Positions 9,028-20,307 of a stretch of DNA of 64,000 nucleotides are shown piece after piece. The notes beneath the pieces are model-generated. The model saw only the letters and a list, made by a program, of their open reading frames with translations. It searched no databases and was not told the origin of the DNA. Source of the DNA: Flectonema sp. DT1601 (Eukaryota); the NCBI GenBank assembly GCA_964019425.1, contig OZ025798.1, positions 310,001 through 374,000 on the forward strand, given 5' to 3'. A program made the translations under genes and the position numbers. The stretch's first letter is position 1, and every line of letters begins with the position of its first letter.

Positions 9028-11040
9028 AATTAGCCTTGCTATACTGTATGCAACTGGGAAAGAGAAGTATACTAAATTGAATGAACATGCAGTTAACAAG
9101 TCTGAGATCACTTAGAAGAATCTACACTGTGGTGCAGATTACTTCTGCGTAGGGGTTGTACCGGGCCATTTCGATTCGACGGGACACCGTCACCAGCACC
9201 ACCACGCGAGTTAAAGAACGACCCCAACGCTTGTTCAACCTTCGCTCTCGTTCCGTGTGAGACTTCCTCTCGAGAAGGAATATCTGCAGGGTTTAGCTTC
9301 GTGCTTACCCAGACAAGGGAGTAGGAACATTTCAAAACTAAAAGGCATTCAATCGCAGTTATCAAACACCTGTTGAGACTGTGTGAGCGAACACACATCT
9401 TCTTCCTAAAAGTACCACAAACTGTAGTGTTGTCAACCCAGATGGAAAGGTGGTCGGCCTTTGCAGTTCCTTTGAGTGTCTGTCCAAGAGCGTCTGCTTC
9501 AAGGATATTTATATGCCGGTCTTCACCAGCAGGCCATGCCGAACCAAGAATTTCCAACTCCTGTTTTCCAAACAATGACACCTCCCCATCCCTGCAATGA
9601 GGCATCCACAAACACTTCGGCAGTCCTCCCCTCTTTCTGCTCAGGCATAATTATCCTCTCCTTCTGCACAGCACCGATCCACATTTCTAATTCCCTCCTT
9701 ACTGAACGGGGCAATTTTAGTACCTGCTGTACTTGTGGGGTCCCCTTGTTTAAGTAATTTGTGACTCTGCGAAGGTACTTCAAACTAGTACTTCCCAGGT
9801 GGAACTCCAACAATGGAGCTGGCATGCAACAGGCGACCTCCTAAGGGCTCCAACTCCGATGCAGTCAATGAATCTAGGTTGGTGTTCTTGATCTTTCTCC
9901 CAATCTTGGTCCCCAAGCTCACCCTGTCTGTATGGTGATCAAAGGTGACCCCCAAGAACTCATTCTCCGGAGAGAGATCCACAGTATCACTTGGTTTCCA
10001 CGTGATGTTTGCTCAGCTGCGCATTTAACCTTCTCCTTGGGGCCGAATAACCTAATGTTATCAATCCACCAGTGAATCCCAACTTCCTCCTCCGCAAATT
10101 CTTTCTTAACGAACAGCGGGTCAACAGCAACTACCGCAGCGATGGTGTTCATCAATTCTGGGGCGTACACATGACCCATCGGAAGTACATCTTCTTCCGT
10201 CTTTGGTGCTTGAGGTACTGCTCCCCCTACTGACCCTTGCTGAGTTGTGGTACACCTCTTCTTCAGACCCTCTAATTCCTACATGATACTTTGTATTACG
10301 GCTGTCTGTTGTTGCTGATGGACCTGCTGTTGTTGATTCATACTTTGGAACAATGCTGTATTCTGGCTCTGCTGATCTTGTTGTTGCTGTTGTACAACCT
10401 GTTGCTCTTTGAATGCTTCCCACATGCCCCCGATGTTCTCAGCTTTTTCGGCGGCCTCCCCTACCCTTCTCCTCACCGATTGGGATTCCTTCTGACATTC
10501 GTTTCTCAACGAGTCGAACCTTTGCTTGGTGTCGCTTCAGAGCGTGTCCGTGCTCTGCTGCAGCGATCCCATCGCATCCTCCGCCTCGTCGTGTGTCACC
10601 AACCTATCCGATCCCCCCTTGGATATCCGCTCGAACATCCGGGCGGCGCTCTGGTTGACCAACTGCAGGCGGCTCCTTGATAGAACCCCCAGTATTACTA
10701 GACACTTATTCATCGAAAGTGTCTTGGCTGCGTCGCTTGAGATCCCGAGACACATGGCCAGTGTGCCTTGGATCAACCTCCTCGTTTCCTTGTCCGACCT
10801 CAATGTGCTTAAATCGATTGCAAAAGGGATACTTGCAATTAGCTCGTCCAAATTGATATTATCTAGCTTCTTTGGTGGTTCCTCACCCATCCTTGCCTTC
10901 CAAACCTCCACTAAGAACTCAGGGAACTCAAAATTAATACGAGTCATTCTTTAACTTAATTTAAATATAAGTTTTCTTGTGATGAAGACAGGGGTGTGAG
11001 AACAATAAAGTAAAGAAACTGTAGCTTTAGAATCGTTGGT
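9028..11040 (-). mobile_element. Decayed, internally deleted DIRS/VIPER-like (YR-class) retroelement copy starting with a spliced-leader exon
   Basis: gag-like ORF from ATG 10947 (stops at 10537 and 10279) runs in frame into RT motifs VLPMG and WWIDN, then EFLG. DIRS-type RNase H motifs VFVDASLQGWGG, HINILEADAL, VDNTTV, NPADIPSR. Frameshifts present. Left boundary defined by the empty site at 16603. Confidence 0.85.
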
Positions 11041-11169
11041 AGCCCCCATCGTCTGCACTGGCGGGTAAGCTGCTGTTACATTTGGTGGAACACCAGTTGC
11101 TGTACCCGGCGCTGGGTATCCTCCAACAGCTGCTGGTGGAGCCGATGGTACTGGCTCATAACCTGACAT
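10951..11169 (-). pseudogene. 3'-truncated CYSTM-like copy fused to retroelement leader
   Basis: First 43 codons match the 3139 gene (to VQTMGA). The frame then reads through the SL and 5' leader to TAA at 10951, and the Cys-rich TM module is lost. Confidence 0.85.
11003..11040 (-). other. Spliced-leader exon relic (ACCAACGATTCTAAAGCTACAGTTTCTTTACTTTATTG)
   Basis: 35/38 identical to positions 2-39 of the Diplonema SL as I recall it (AACCAACGATTTAAAAGCTACAGTTTCTGTACTTTATTG). It shares the euglenozoan ACAGTTTCT.TACT.TATTG end and is followed by TTCTC rather than a GT donor. Confidence 0.9.
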
Positions 11170-12319
11170 TTTTATTGCTTTTGATCTTAAAAATAATAAA
11201 CAAACATAAAGACGACACACACATAGATGTGAGATGACGAACTCTTTAAAGCGACCTGCTTCACATATTCTTTGTAGAGTTCCCTGACCATAAAAGAAAA
11301 TAACTAACCAAAGCTACACAAAAAATTAATACTTTAATGTTTTCCTAAGACTTAAGGTTCTCGTCGTGTAAAGAAAACAAAAAAAAAAAAAAAAACTCAA
11401 AAAACAGTTTTAAAAGTTAAAAAGGAAAAGAAAAAAGAGAGAGATAACTAACGATAAATCACTTTTTCTGGAGGCTGAAAAAACTGCGAAACGAAGCATG
11501 TCCATCTCAGGAAATTGTTCCTCGTATTGTTATACTATGTGTCACAGTGTTTATAGCAGTGAAAATCTGATAGGCAAGCAGGAAGAATAAAACGAAGAGA
11601 GAGGGAGGAGAAAAAAAAAGTAAGGACGGTTTTTAAAAAAAAAACATACCGTGAAAACTTTTTTTTTTTAATTTTTTATTAAATTTCTTAAAGTCTCTTA
11701 CATCAAGTCATAGAATAACTAAAAGGCGGTTGAAGTGAAAAATAATGCGAAATCCAAAAAATCTCACATTTTTTTTTCATAAGTCGCTCCTTTTTAACAG
11801 ATTCGCACTTGGTATATTGGGTATGTGGATGGTATATTTCAAGTTTTTATCAGATTCCCGGATTTCAGTTAGCAAAAGCAGCCAATTTTATTTATTTTAA
11901 TTTCCTGCCGTGAGTGTCGCCTGCGGCGTTCATTTTTTAAGAGCTGTCTGCAACCCACCCTCACGACAGGAAAGTGTAATAATACATGAGGTCAAGAGAA
12001 ACTATTTTCTTTTTTTCCCGTTCTTTTTTTTGTTAAAAAAGAGTTTCAAAAGAGCAATCGTAAGTAGGATGTCCCTACGAAGAAAAAGAAGAAGAAAAAA
12101 CAGAGAGAGTGCAGGGTAATTTCCCCTAACTCCAATGACACTGAACTACCATCAGACGTGGAAAGTGCTGGAAGTTAATTCAGACCATCCGAAAGGTATA
12201 TTTCAGTCAACGAATATAAGGATTTAACGAAAACGGGGAAAAGGTAAAAAAAAAAAGCTGTAATTCCACATCTCAATGAAGAGTATGAAGAATGCTCTGT
12301 GCTGCTAAAAAGTATACAT

Positions 12320-15300
12320 CTACACACGGCACTCATCATGTTGCAGGCTTTCACATTTCTCAAACGTCAGTAGCTCACCGTCAGTTTGCACAGTTTGCTG
12401 TCTTCTCTTGTGGAGGACAACTCCAGCGATAACCATTCCTCCAACGCAAAGAGCTGATATAAGAGAAAGAGCAATGAGAAGACCGTTGTTGTTACTACTG
12501 GAGTCTTTAGGAGTGCTGGTTAGTTCTCCAGCAGCCATCCCCTCACCAATTGGTTCCATGATTAAAGTGTTTCCATCACTGTTATCTCTGAGTGGTCCAG
12601 TTCCAGACTTTGACTGGTCAACAGCAACGTTCAGTTTTTTCTCACCGAGATCTACTACACTCTGGTCATTGTCAGTAATTTCAAATTCAACAAACGCTCC
12701 TTCATTCAATGACTTCAGCTCACTGACAGACCCAGCACCAAGAGTTGAGACACTTCTACTCACTGGCTCATCAATAAGAGGTTCCTCAGTCTCTTCCTTG
12801 TACAGTTCCATGTTCCATGATGGTGGGATCTTAGTTCCCCACCTCTCACGCATTTCCATTGGCGGAACAACATCATCCTTCATTAGACCTCCAAGGAAGT
12901 TGATACGTAATCCTTCTGGTTTCATACCCTTCACAATCATAAGGATCGTCGTTCTCAGTTTTCTGAGGAACTTCTTTGGGTTTTCTTTAATCTTTCCGAA
13001 CGATCCCTTGAATGAGAGTCGTAGTGCCTTACTGTGCTTCTTCTGTTCTCTAACTGGTTCATCAATGACTTCTACTGTGCAGTGGAGACCCTTGGAGTTG
13101 CAGCAGTATTCCTTGTCCTCGTCGGTGAGAAGCTCGGAACCAGCTCTGCAGTCAAAGTCACAACCGACGTATTGTTCATCACAGCACCACTTTCTCTGGG
13201 CAGGTTCCCATTCAGACAATGCTCTGCTGTCGCCGTAGCAGTCGTACTTATCGGCAGCGCATTCGACTTCTTCAATGAGACAGCACATCTTTCTCGTTTC
13301 CTCACTCCACTTGGAGCGCACTTCTTTCTTGGCCTGACACATTTCTCTCTTCTCTTTGAAATCATCAGTCTCATCAACTACCATACGGCATCTCATTCCT
13401 TTAGCTGAGCAACACCATTCGGACTGGTCTTCTGTCCATGCGCTTACGGTTTCTGAGTTCCACTCGCAATCAAAGATGTCGACATCTGTTGGGCAACCGA
13501 CCTGGAAGTTCTTACAGCAGTAGGCAGACTTCTTTTCATCCCACATGTAGTCAACAACTGAAGTCTGAAGTAACCCTTCAGCATTCTTCATAATCTCAAG
13601 TGAGTCTTCTGGTACACTGCAGTCATATGGAGCAACAGGACATGCAACTTTCTTCTCCTCGCAGCACCACTTTCGCTGAGCGTAACCCCATCCTCTTGGA
13701 TCGTCCTTGCAGTCAAACTGATCCTGGTCGTCCTTACAGTAACGCCCAGTCATCTCACAGCAGTACTTCTGTTGCTTAACTGAAGGAGACTTAACAAATC
13801 CATAGCAGCTGAAAGTCTCACAGCCGAGGTTCTTCCACTGGGATACAGCTTCTGCCATACACTGCGGCTTGTCTTCAATCTTCTTACAAGCTGGCCTGCA
13901 TTCCTCAGTACAAACCTTCTCACCGTTGGAGCACTTGCACATTTGTTGGCAGCCGGTGCAAGCGTATCCTTCCTTACACATTCCACCAGGAGCACAAAGA
14001 ATAGCGTCATCACTTAGGCCACAATCACCCGGTACTGGCTTTGGTTCCACGCACGCGATTTTCCCTTCATCAATGATGCAAACTTCTTCATCTCCACAAG
14101 ATGACGGAGTGCAACGAACCGTTTTCATGCACCTCCACTCGTTGGTATCTTTTCTACACATTGTGCCCTTTGGACAGTCAGAGCTGCGGTCCATCTCCGC
14201 CCACATGGAAGGTCCGTCAATGCGACAAACCTCACCCTCAGAAAGGAATGGTTTCCTGCAAGTACCTGAAGCATCAGCAATCATTGGAGGAGTTACACAC
14301 TTTAAGTCACCCTCACAAATACTGTAGTAACATGGAACAGTGTACCCACCACATGATTCACTCTCCTTGGCTCTTGGAACGCACACCATTTCCTTGCTGC
14401 ACCCGTATTTCTTAGTCGGATTTCTGGCAGCGCGACAGAACTCGTTTTCTTCACAGTCGTCGTTTGATTTGCATCCCTTCTTGATCTTCTTACAGGTACC
14501 CATACAGTCAGTCATCCCATTGTCACACTTTGTTTCACATTCGAAACCGTTAGGACAAGGGACACCAGCGAATCCACCGCATTCCTTCTCCTTCTCGCAT
14601 GACATTTCTGTGCAGGAGAACATTCCCTTCTCACAGACGCAGGAGTTGCAATCCTTCTGCTTTGTGTCACCCTTCTTGCACTCACACACCGTTAGTGTAC
14701 ATACAGAGAATTGTCCGTTCGAACAGCTGCAGGTGTTGCAGTCAACTTCCATAACTTCCCCATCCATACATTTAATGGTTGGCTTAACAGGAGCTGGAGC
14801 TGGAGCTGGGCAGTTCACTTTCTTGTTTTCGCAACACCACTTCGACTTTTCGGAAGTCCAAACTTCTCTGGTGCGGCAGTTGTAAGCACATTCAGCTCCA
14901 AAATCTTTGTTTTCAACGCAATCCATTCCAGCTTCACATGTAGTTGATGCACAGGTTGGAGGGTCAATTGGAACACAAACAGGTCCCTTAGTTGGATGAT
15001 CCTTGCAGTTTGTGGTTGCAATACAAAATGTTGTCGCACAACTTGGTTTTTGTGGAACACATTTCGCTCCGGTTTTTGGGTTTTCTTCGCAGCCACCAGC
15101 GCATCTCAGTACAGAGCAAGTTGGCAATGAATTAAGTGGAACACACTTAGCACCAGAAATAGGATCTTCTTCACATCTACTGTCAGCAGTACAAATCATT
15201 GTAGCACATGTGGGAAGGGCAGCCTTTTCACAAACACCCATGCAGTCGGATACCTTTGGGCCACACTTCTTGACACAATCGTATCCGATGTCACACTGCA

Positions 15301-15499
15301 TCCCAGCAATGCCACCACATTGCTGTTTGTTTTTTACACAGACACCGTCGCAGTGGGTTGTAGTCTTGCAGGCAGATGTGTCGCAGTGAAACTCAGCAGG
15401 GCATCTGAGTGATGCAGTTCCTCCACACATTTGTGCAGGTGCTGGTGGGACATTTTGGGCTGATGCCACAGCGAGCATCAACATTACAACAGATTTCAT
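12320..15499 (-). CDS. Cys-rich type I membrane protein, 1059 aa (copy 2)
   Basis: Same protein as 4291-7470; the only amino-acid difference I found is A17V, plus a few synonymous SNPs. Confidence 0.9.
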   Translation of the reverse strand: MKSVVMLMLAVASAQNVPPAPAQMCGGTASLRCPAEFHCDTSACKTTTHCDGVCVKNKQQCGGIAGMQCDIGYDCVKKCGPKVSDCMGVCEKAALPTCATMICTADSRCEEDPISGAKCVPLNSLPTCSVLRCAGGCEENPKTGAKCVPQKPSCATTFCIATTNCKDHPTKGPVCVPIDPPTCASTTCEAGMDCVENKDFGAECAYNCRTREVWTSEKSKWCCENKKVNCPAPAPAPVKPTIKCMDGEVMEVDCNTCSCSNGQFSVCTLTVCECKKGDTKQKDCNSCVCEKGMFSCTEMSCEKEKECGGFAGVPCPNGFECETKCDNGMTDCMGTCKKIKKGCKSNDDCEENEFCRAARNPTKKYGCSKEMVCVPRAKESESCGGYTVPCYYSICEGDLKCVTPPMIADASGTCRKPFLSEGEVCRIDGPSMWAEMDRSSDCPKGTMCRKDTNEWRCMKTVRCTPSSCGDEEVCIIDEGKIACVEPKPVPGDCGLSDDAILCAPGGMCKEGYACTGCQQMCKCSNGEKVCTEECRPACKKIEDKPQCMAEAVSQWKNLGCETFSCYGFVKSPSVKQQKYCCEMTGRYCKDDQDQFDCKDDPRGWGYAQRKWCCEEKKVACPVAPYDCSVPEDSLEIMKNAEGLLQTSVVDYMWDEKKSAYCCKNFQVGCPTDVDIFDCEWNSETVSAWTEDQSEWCCSAKGMRCRMVVDETDDFKEKREMCQAKKEVRSKWSEETRKMCCLIEEVECAADKYDCYGDSRALSEWEPAQRKWCCDEQYVGCDFDCRAGSELLTDEDKEYCCNSKGLHCTVEVIDEPVREQKKHSKALRLSFKGSFGKIKENPKKFLRKLRTTILMIVKGMKPEGLRINFLGGLMKDDVVPPMEMRERWGTKIPPSWNMELYKEETEEPLIDEPVSRSVSTLGAGSVSELKSLNEGAFVEFEITDNDQSVVDLGEKKLNVAVDQSKSGTGPLRDNSDGNTLIMEPIGEGMAAGELTSTPKDSSSNNNGLLIALSLISALCVGGMVIAGVVLHKRRQQTVQTDGELLTFEKCESLQHDECRV

Positions 15500-15564
15500 T
15501 GTGTGTGTTTGGTCTGATTGGTTGAAAGGTTTAACATGTTTCCTATTACAACTACTACTATACT

Positions 15565-15914
15565 ATACTAATGGCTGTCTACGTTACCTATACTAATGGC
15601 TGTCTACGTTACCTATACTAATGGCTGTCTACGTTACCTATACTAATGGCTGTCTACGTTACCTATACTAATGGCTGTCTACGTTACCTATACTAATGGC
15701 TGTCTACGTTACCTATACTAATGGCTGTCTACGTTACCTATACTAATGGCTGTCTACGTTACCCATACTAATGGCTGTCTACGTTACCTATACTAATGGC
15801 TGTCTACGTTACCTATACTAATGGCTGTCTACGTTACCTATACTAATGGCTGTCTACGTTACCTATACTAATGGCTGTCTACGTTACCTATACTAATGGC
15901 TGTCTACGTTACCT
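15565..15914. repeat. 25-bp minisatellite, 14 units
   Basis: Same unit as 7536-8410. Shares the unit-8 T>C variant. Confidence 0.97.
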
Positions 15915-18427
15915 GTTATCAATTGGAAAGACTAATAAAAAGACAAAAGTATTTAAGACATAAGCAACCTTCAATCCATAAAGAGAGGGCCAGACGACCC
16001 CATTGCGTATTTAAACCATTCAAAAAAATACCAACAGCCTGCAGGTTGCCGACACCGAAAGTATGATGGAAAAGTTTAAGAAAAAAAAAAAAAAAAGAAA
16101 AAAAAAAGAATTCATTAATCGGTAAAAGGAGGAGAGCTATGTAGTCTCGTTCTGTAAAGGGGACACTCACTAACATGCCCTCAGGTTTAAGTACATCACT
16201 CCAAAAGGTTAGGAACAACATACTACGTAACCGCTAAGGACATCTTCGAAGCAACGACTACCACATCATGGAATATGGACTTGGTCAGCCCAGTACTACA
16301 TTTGAATCACAAGTTAAATAAAGTTAAACGATGTTCGACCAAGAATTTGAAAGAAAAAAAAGGGTGGGGGAATCGGCGAATGAAAAAATATCTACGCAAC
16401 GATTTTCTTTTCATCTTTTTTTTTTAAAAAAAAAAAAATATGGGTTTTTTATTTTATTATTATTATAATCTTTTTTTTTTTTTTGCTGTTGTTGTTTTTT
16501 TTAATTTTTTTTATCTTGGAACACTTAACACAATTTACACATACAGAAAAAGGGAGATTTGATGAGGAAAATAAGTCGCCGCACAAGAAAAAGTACAGCT
16601 GGTTGGCCGCCGAAAAGTTGCTTCCCCTCAGCGAAGTACTTCCTTTCGAAATATTCCTTGCGTCGGTTTAGATACTTTCTCCACGGAATAAGGGAACAAG
16701 AGTTTCTTTTTAAAATAAATGCTTTTCTGAGGCCTACAACAGATCATTCCCAAATCAACACATCGACTTCACTCGCATGATTCTACTCCTCACCAGAGAG
16801 GAGGCAAACGGAGGATCAAAGAGAGGTTATAAGTTACTATAGATGGCTACAGGTATCTCGTTTCTCAACACGGCGTTGCATTTGAGTTTGTAGGAGGGGT
16901 TAAATTAAACTAAGACTGATCTCCAATGAGGTAAACAACGCTCATTTAATTAGTTCGTCCTCAATAGATAGAAACAACCAAAGAGTGAGCTGCTTCACAA
17001 AATGTGATGCCGCAGAATGAATGATCTTTTCTGTCTTTCAAGAGGACTTATATAAATGTTTGATGACGCTGTTTCATCCAACAAGCACAAACGTACATTA
17101 ATTGTGATTGACTTGTTTACACAACTTCCTGACGTTTTAGAATGCAAATAACATTGTTATCACGACACACGCTAGGACATTATTTTCACAAAAGTGATTT
17201 ACAGTAACAGGGGGAAGTGTCACACTAAAATGATCCTTCTTTTTTACTTTGATCCAAAAGCGAAAACTTACAAAATTTGAGAACATTCCAAATATAAATT
17301 AATACTTGATAGTAATTACCCAACGATGTTAAAGAAGTTGAGGTTCATTTTGTCATCCGAGGAGCTTATTGATAGCGAGAGAGGGAGGAGGATTTGGTGA
17401 GGAAAAAAGCAAGCCAGTCAAAAATAACGTGACTGTAGCAGGGCAATGTAGTCAATGGAAAATATATTTCAAAAAAAAGAGAAAAAAAAAAAAAAAACAA
17501 AGACACAAGAAACCACAATTCACCAGACAAGCAGGTGATCCTCGAGTCACCATCTGCACTCCATATTTGTGCAGGTGCCCAGAGAACAATGATGATTTTA
17601 TCGAGCGGGGTCCAAGACTGATTCTTGTCTTAGAAGACATAATTAGGGGCTACGAATTTTAAGAATTTTTTTTAAGTGATGCACGAACTACTATGTTCTA
17701 AATTATTACTATTTTGGTTTTTTTTGTTTTTCCTTCTTTCATTGTAAAGTTTCAGTTTTTTTTCAATTTTTCTTTTTTAAAACCTGACTTTGACCAACAA
17801 AAAAAAAGAAGAAAAAAAAAAAAAAAGGGAAAGGACAGGAAAAGGAAATGAAAGGGGAAAACCTTGGCAACAGTTCTTGGGCATATAAAGCGGGACCTCA
17901 TCTTTCCAACTATACTCCACAAAGAAAAATTAGATCTTCACCCTCCTGCAAGCTGGACTACGGAGGCACAATACCACCTCCAGCTTAACGAAGTGCAAAG
18001 GCCACAGCCGTGGAAGTCCTTAACCCTCCAGCATAGGTGACACTCGACTATGGGTTATTTCTAAAGTTTATTTCCATAATTTAAAAGAAAAAAAAAAACT
18101 AATTGCTGCCCGTTTTACACCTTTTTTTTTCTTATGTGTCCGACAAACAGGTAAAACTGTTTACCGCTGAGGTTAGAGAATCAGTTCTAATTCTGTGTGC
18201 CAATAATTCAATCGGCTACACACACAAAAAAAAAAAAAAAAAAAACAATAAAGGGTACAAAATTGTTTCTAATTTTTCTTTTAAGGGTAAATTCTGTTTT
18301 TTTTTTTTTTAATTTTGATTCCACCGTGTAAAAGAGAAGAAGATATAATAAATAAATAACATACCCACTCTGATTAAAAATCTTTTTTTGAAAGCGTCCA
18401 AGAGTTGTCGCTACAATAATATTTTTT

Positions 18428-19857
18428 TTACCAACCGCAGTCATCCTGAGTACCGAATGGCAACGAGCTCTCAGAATAGAACTGTCGGAACCTGTTTTAT
18501 TTTCTTATAAATCAATCAACTTGCATTTCATCAAATAAACTTAATAAAACAAAACACATCATACCAACGTCTGTACGCCATAATTGGTCCATCACCAGTA
18601 GTCAACATCGGCTTTGGCAAAAAAGTTTTTGCTTCCCAGAGATCGCAGTCACTGTTGGTGGTTTTTTTTTTTTTTTTTTTTTTTTTTGTATTATATCAGT
18701 GTGTTATAATTATTAAAGTTAAAACCATACCGTTGGAATTGGCGTGAAGCCCCTAACGCGATTATCTTTGCGATCATTCTCGGAACTCTTTTCTCGGCGT
18801 AGTAGTAATGCTCAACTCTGTTACGAAGTTGGCCAACTGGAGTACAGTTTTGTGACATCAACATTAAACCAAATGGAGTGTGAAGATGTAAGAATACCAA
18901 ACCAGGTCCTACTTGCCATGCTGTAACAGGTACTCTAGTTAATGATGGGAGGAATGGACTGAACGGTCCTATTTCGATATCCATTTGAACAGTCATGCTG
19001 GAGCTGTAAGGTTTGTCTTCGTTTACTTTCCAGGTAGCGTCCCAAACGTGTTTTACAACAGAACCACCAGTCTTATGAAGATCTCCGCCATAAATCCAAT
19101 GTTTGTGTAGAACATTTAAGTGAGCAACGTCAGGTCCATTTTCAGGAATTTCTGCGATGTGAGTTAACACTTCGTGACCAGACCAAGCTGCGAGGTACCA
19201 CTCACCGTTTTCAATCTTTTCGTATGCAGGTGGTTCCCACTTAGGTGGTTCGTTGTCTGCGTGAAACCAGACGTAAATTTTTTTATTTCTCTCAATGCAG
19301 TCATAAGCTTGGATACTTGCATCTTTTGGAATAGTATCACTGTATTGAATTCCTTCACATTCACCATCAGGGTTGAATCTCCAGGCGTGGAATGGGCACT
19401 CAACACACCCGTCAACAACTCTTCCATGAACCCCCAAGTCAGCACCCAAATGAGGACAGTAGGCGTCTAGAACTCCAACTTTGCCTTCTTTTGTTCTAAA
19501 AGCTACCATCTTTTTACCACAGAGGTTAACGCTAACAACTTTTTCTTTTTTAATTTCGTGGTCGTCTAGAATTTTGTACCAACCATTTGGATATGGCGGT
19601 AACGTATCTTTTGAGAGTCTCTTTTTTGGGGCATCTCTACCGAGTCCGTGCCAACCTCCGTTTAACATCATTGTTGACTGATTCCATCTCCACCACATTA
19701 CAAACAAAATAAAACCCGTAATAAGCAAATAGTTATCGAGGACGAATTCAACAGCTGGACCTACTACAGGCCAGTATTTCTGAACCAAGTTGGTTGTCAT
19801 TTGAGTGATTCCGCTGACTTCAGCGGTGCCACTGGTTTCATTTGTTAGGTAATCCAT
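18428..19857 (-). CDS. nvd: Neverland/DAF-36-like Rieske sterol 7-desaturase, 3 exons (introns 18652-18730 and 18492-18564)
   Basis: N-terminal TM, PYPNGWY, Rieske CPHLGADL..CPFHAW, non-heme Fe motif EIPENGPDVAHLNVLH. Splicing two GT-AG introns restores QFQRDCDLWEAK..PKPML..GDGPI.AYRRWFRQFYSESS..W*. Confidence 0.85.
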
Positions 19858-20307
19858 TGAATATACTGATTTGGAGAAAAATAAAGAAAATAATATAAAA
19901 ATCACATCATCATTTACATCTCTTTAATCGACAATTATTTTAACCTAAGCAGTATTGCTGAAAGAACAAAAACATTAATATGAATAATAATAAGTTATTA
20001 GGTTCACTACAGAAGGAAGGTATTTATTCAATATCCTTCTCACCAGTACAAAGTCAGTGAGAAAACACATACAGCGATAGTACGAAATAATACAAACGAT
20101 TGTCGACAGGACGAATATGCGTGGGAAGGGACGGATCTCTTTATAAAAAGGAAACCCACAGAATCAAAAAAAAAAAAAAGAAAAAAAATAGATAGCAATT
20201 GAGTGACGGAATTGAACAAAAACGAATACGCAACAGTTAGCAGCTGTTGAAAACAAATATTTCTGTAGAACCATACAAACAGTACTATTAGTGTAAGTAA
20301 TAATCAG

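Larger units (their letters stand above)
11045..16603. repeat. Tandem segmental duplication, copy 2
   Basis: See copy 1. It differs by a few SNPs, a shorter minisatellite and extra sequence around 16365-16480. Confidence 0.95.

Noticed and set aside
10279..10953. Stop-codon reassignment or programmed readthrough in the gag-like frame
   Set aside because: Host genes use TAA, TAG and TGA as normal stops, and the element also has frameshifts, so decay is the simpler explanation.
11003..11040. SL RNA gene
   Set aside because: No GT donor or SL intron follows TATTG and there is no tandem SL array; it joins directly to the element leader.
17583..17625. C/D box snoRNA (ATGATGA...CTGA with agaa/ttct ends)
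   Set aside because: Too short, antisense to the gene cluster, and no second box pair or recognisable guide.
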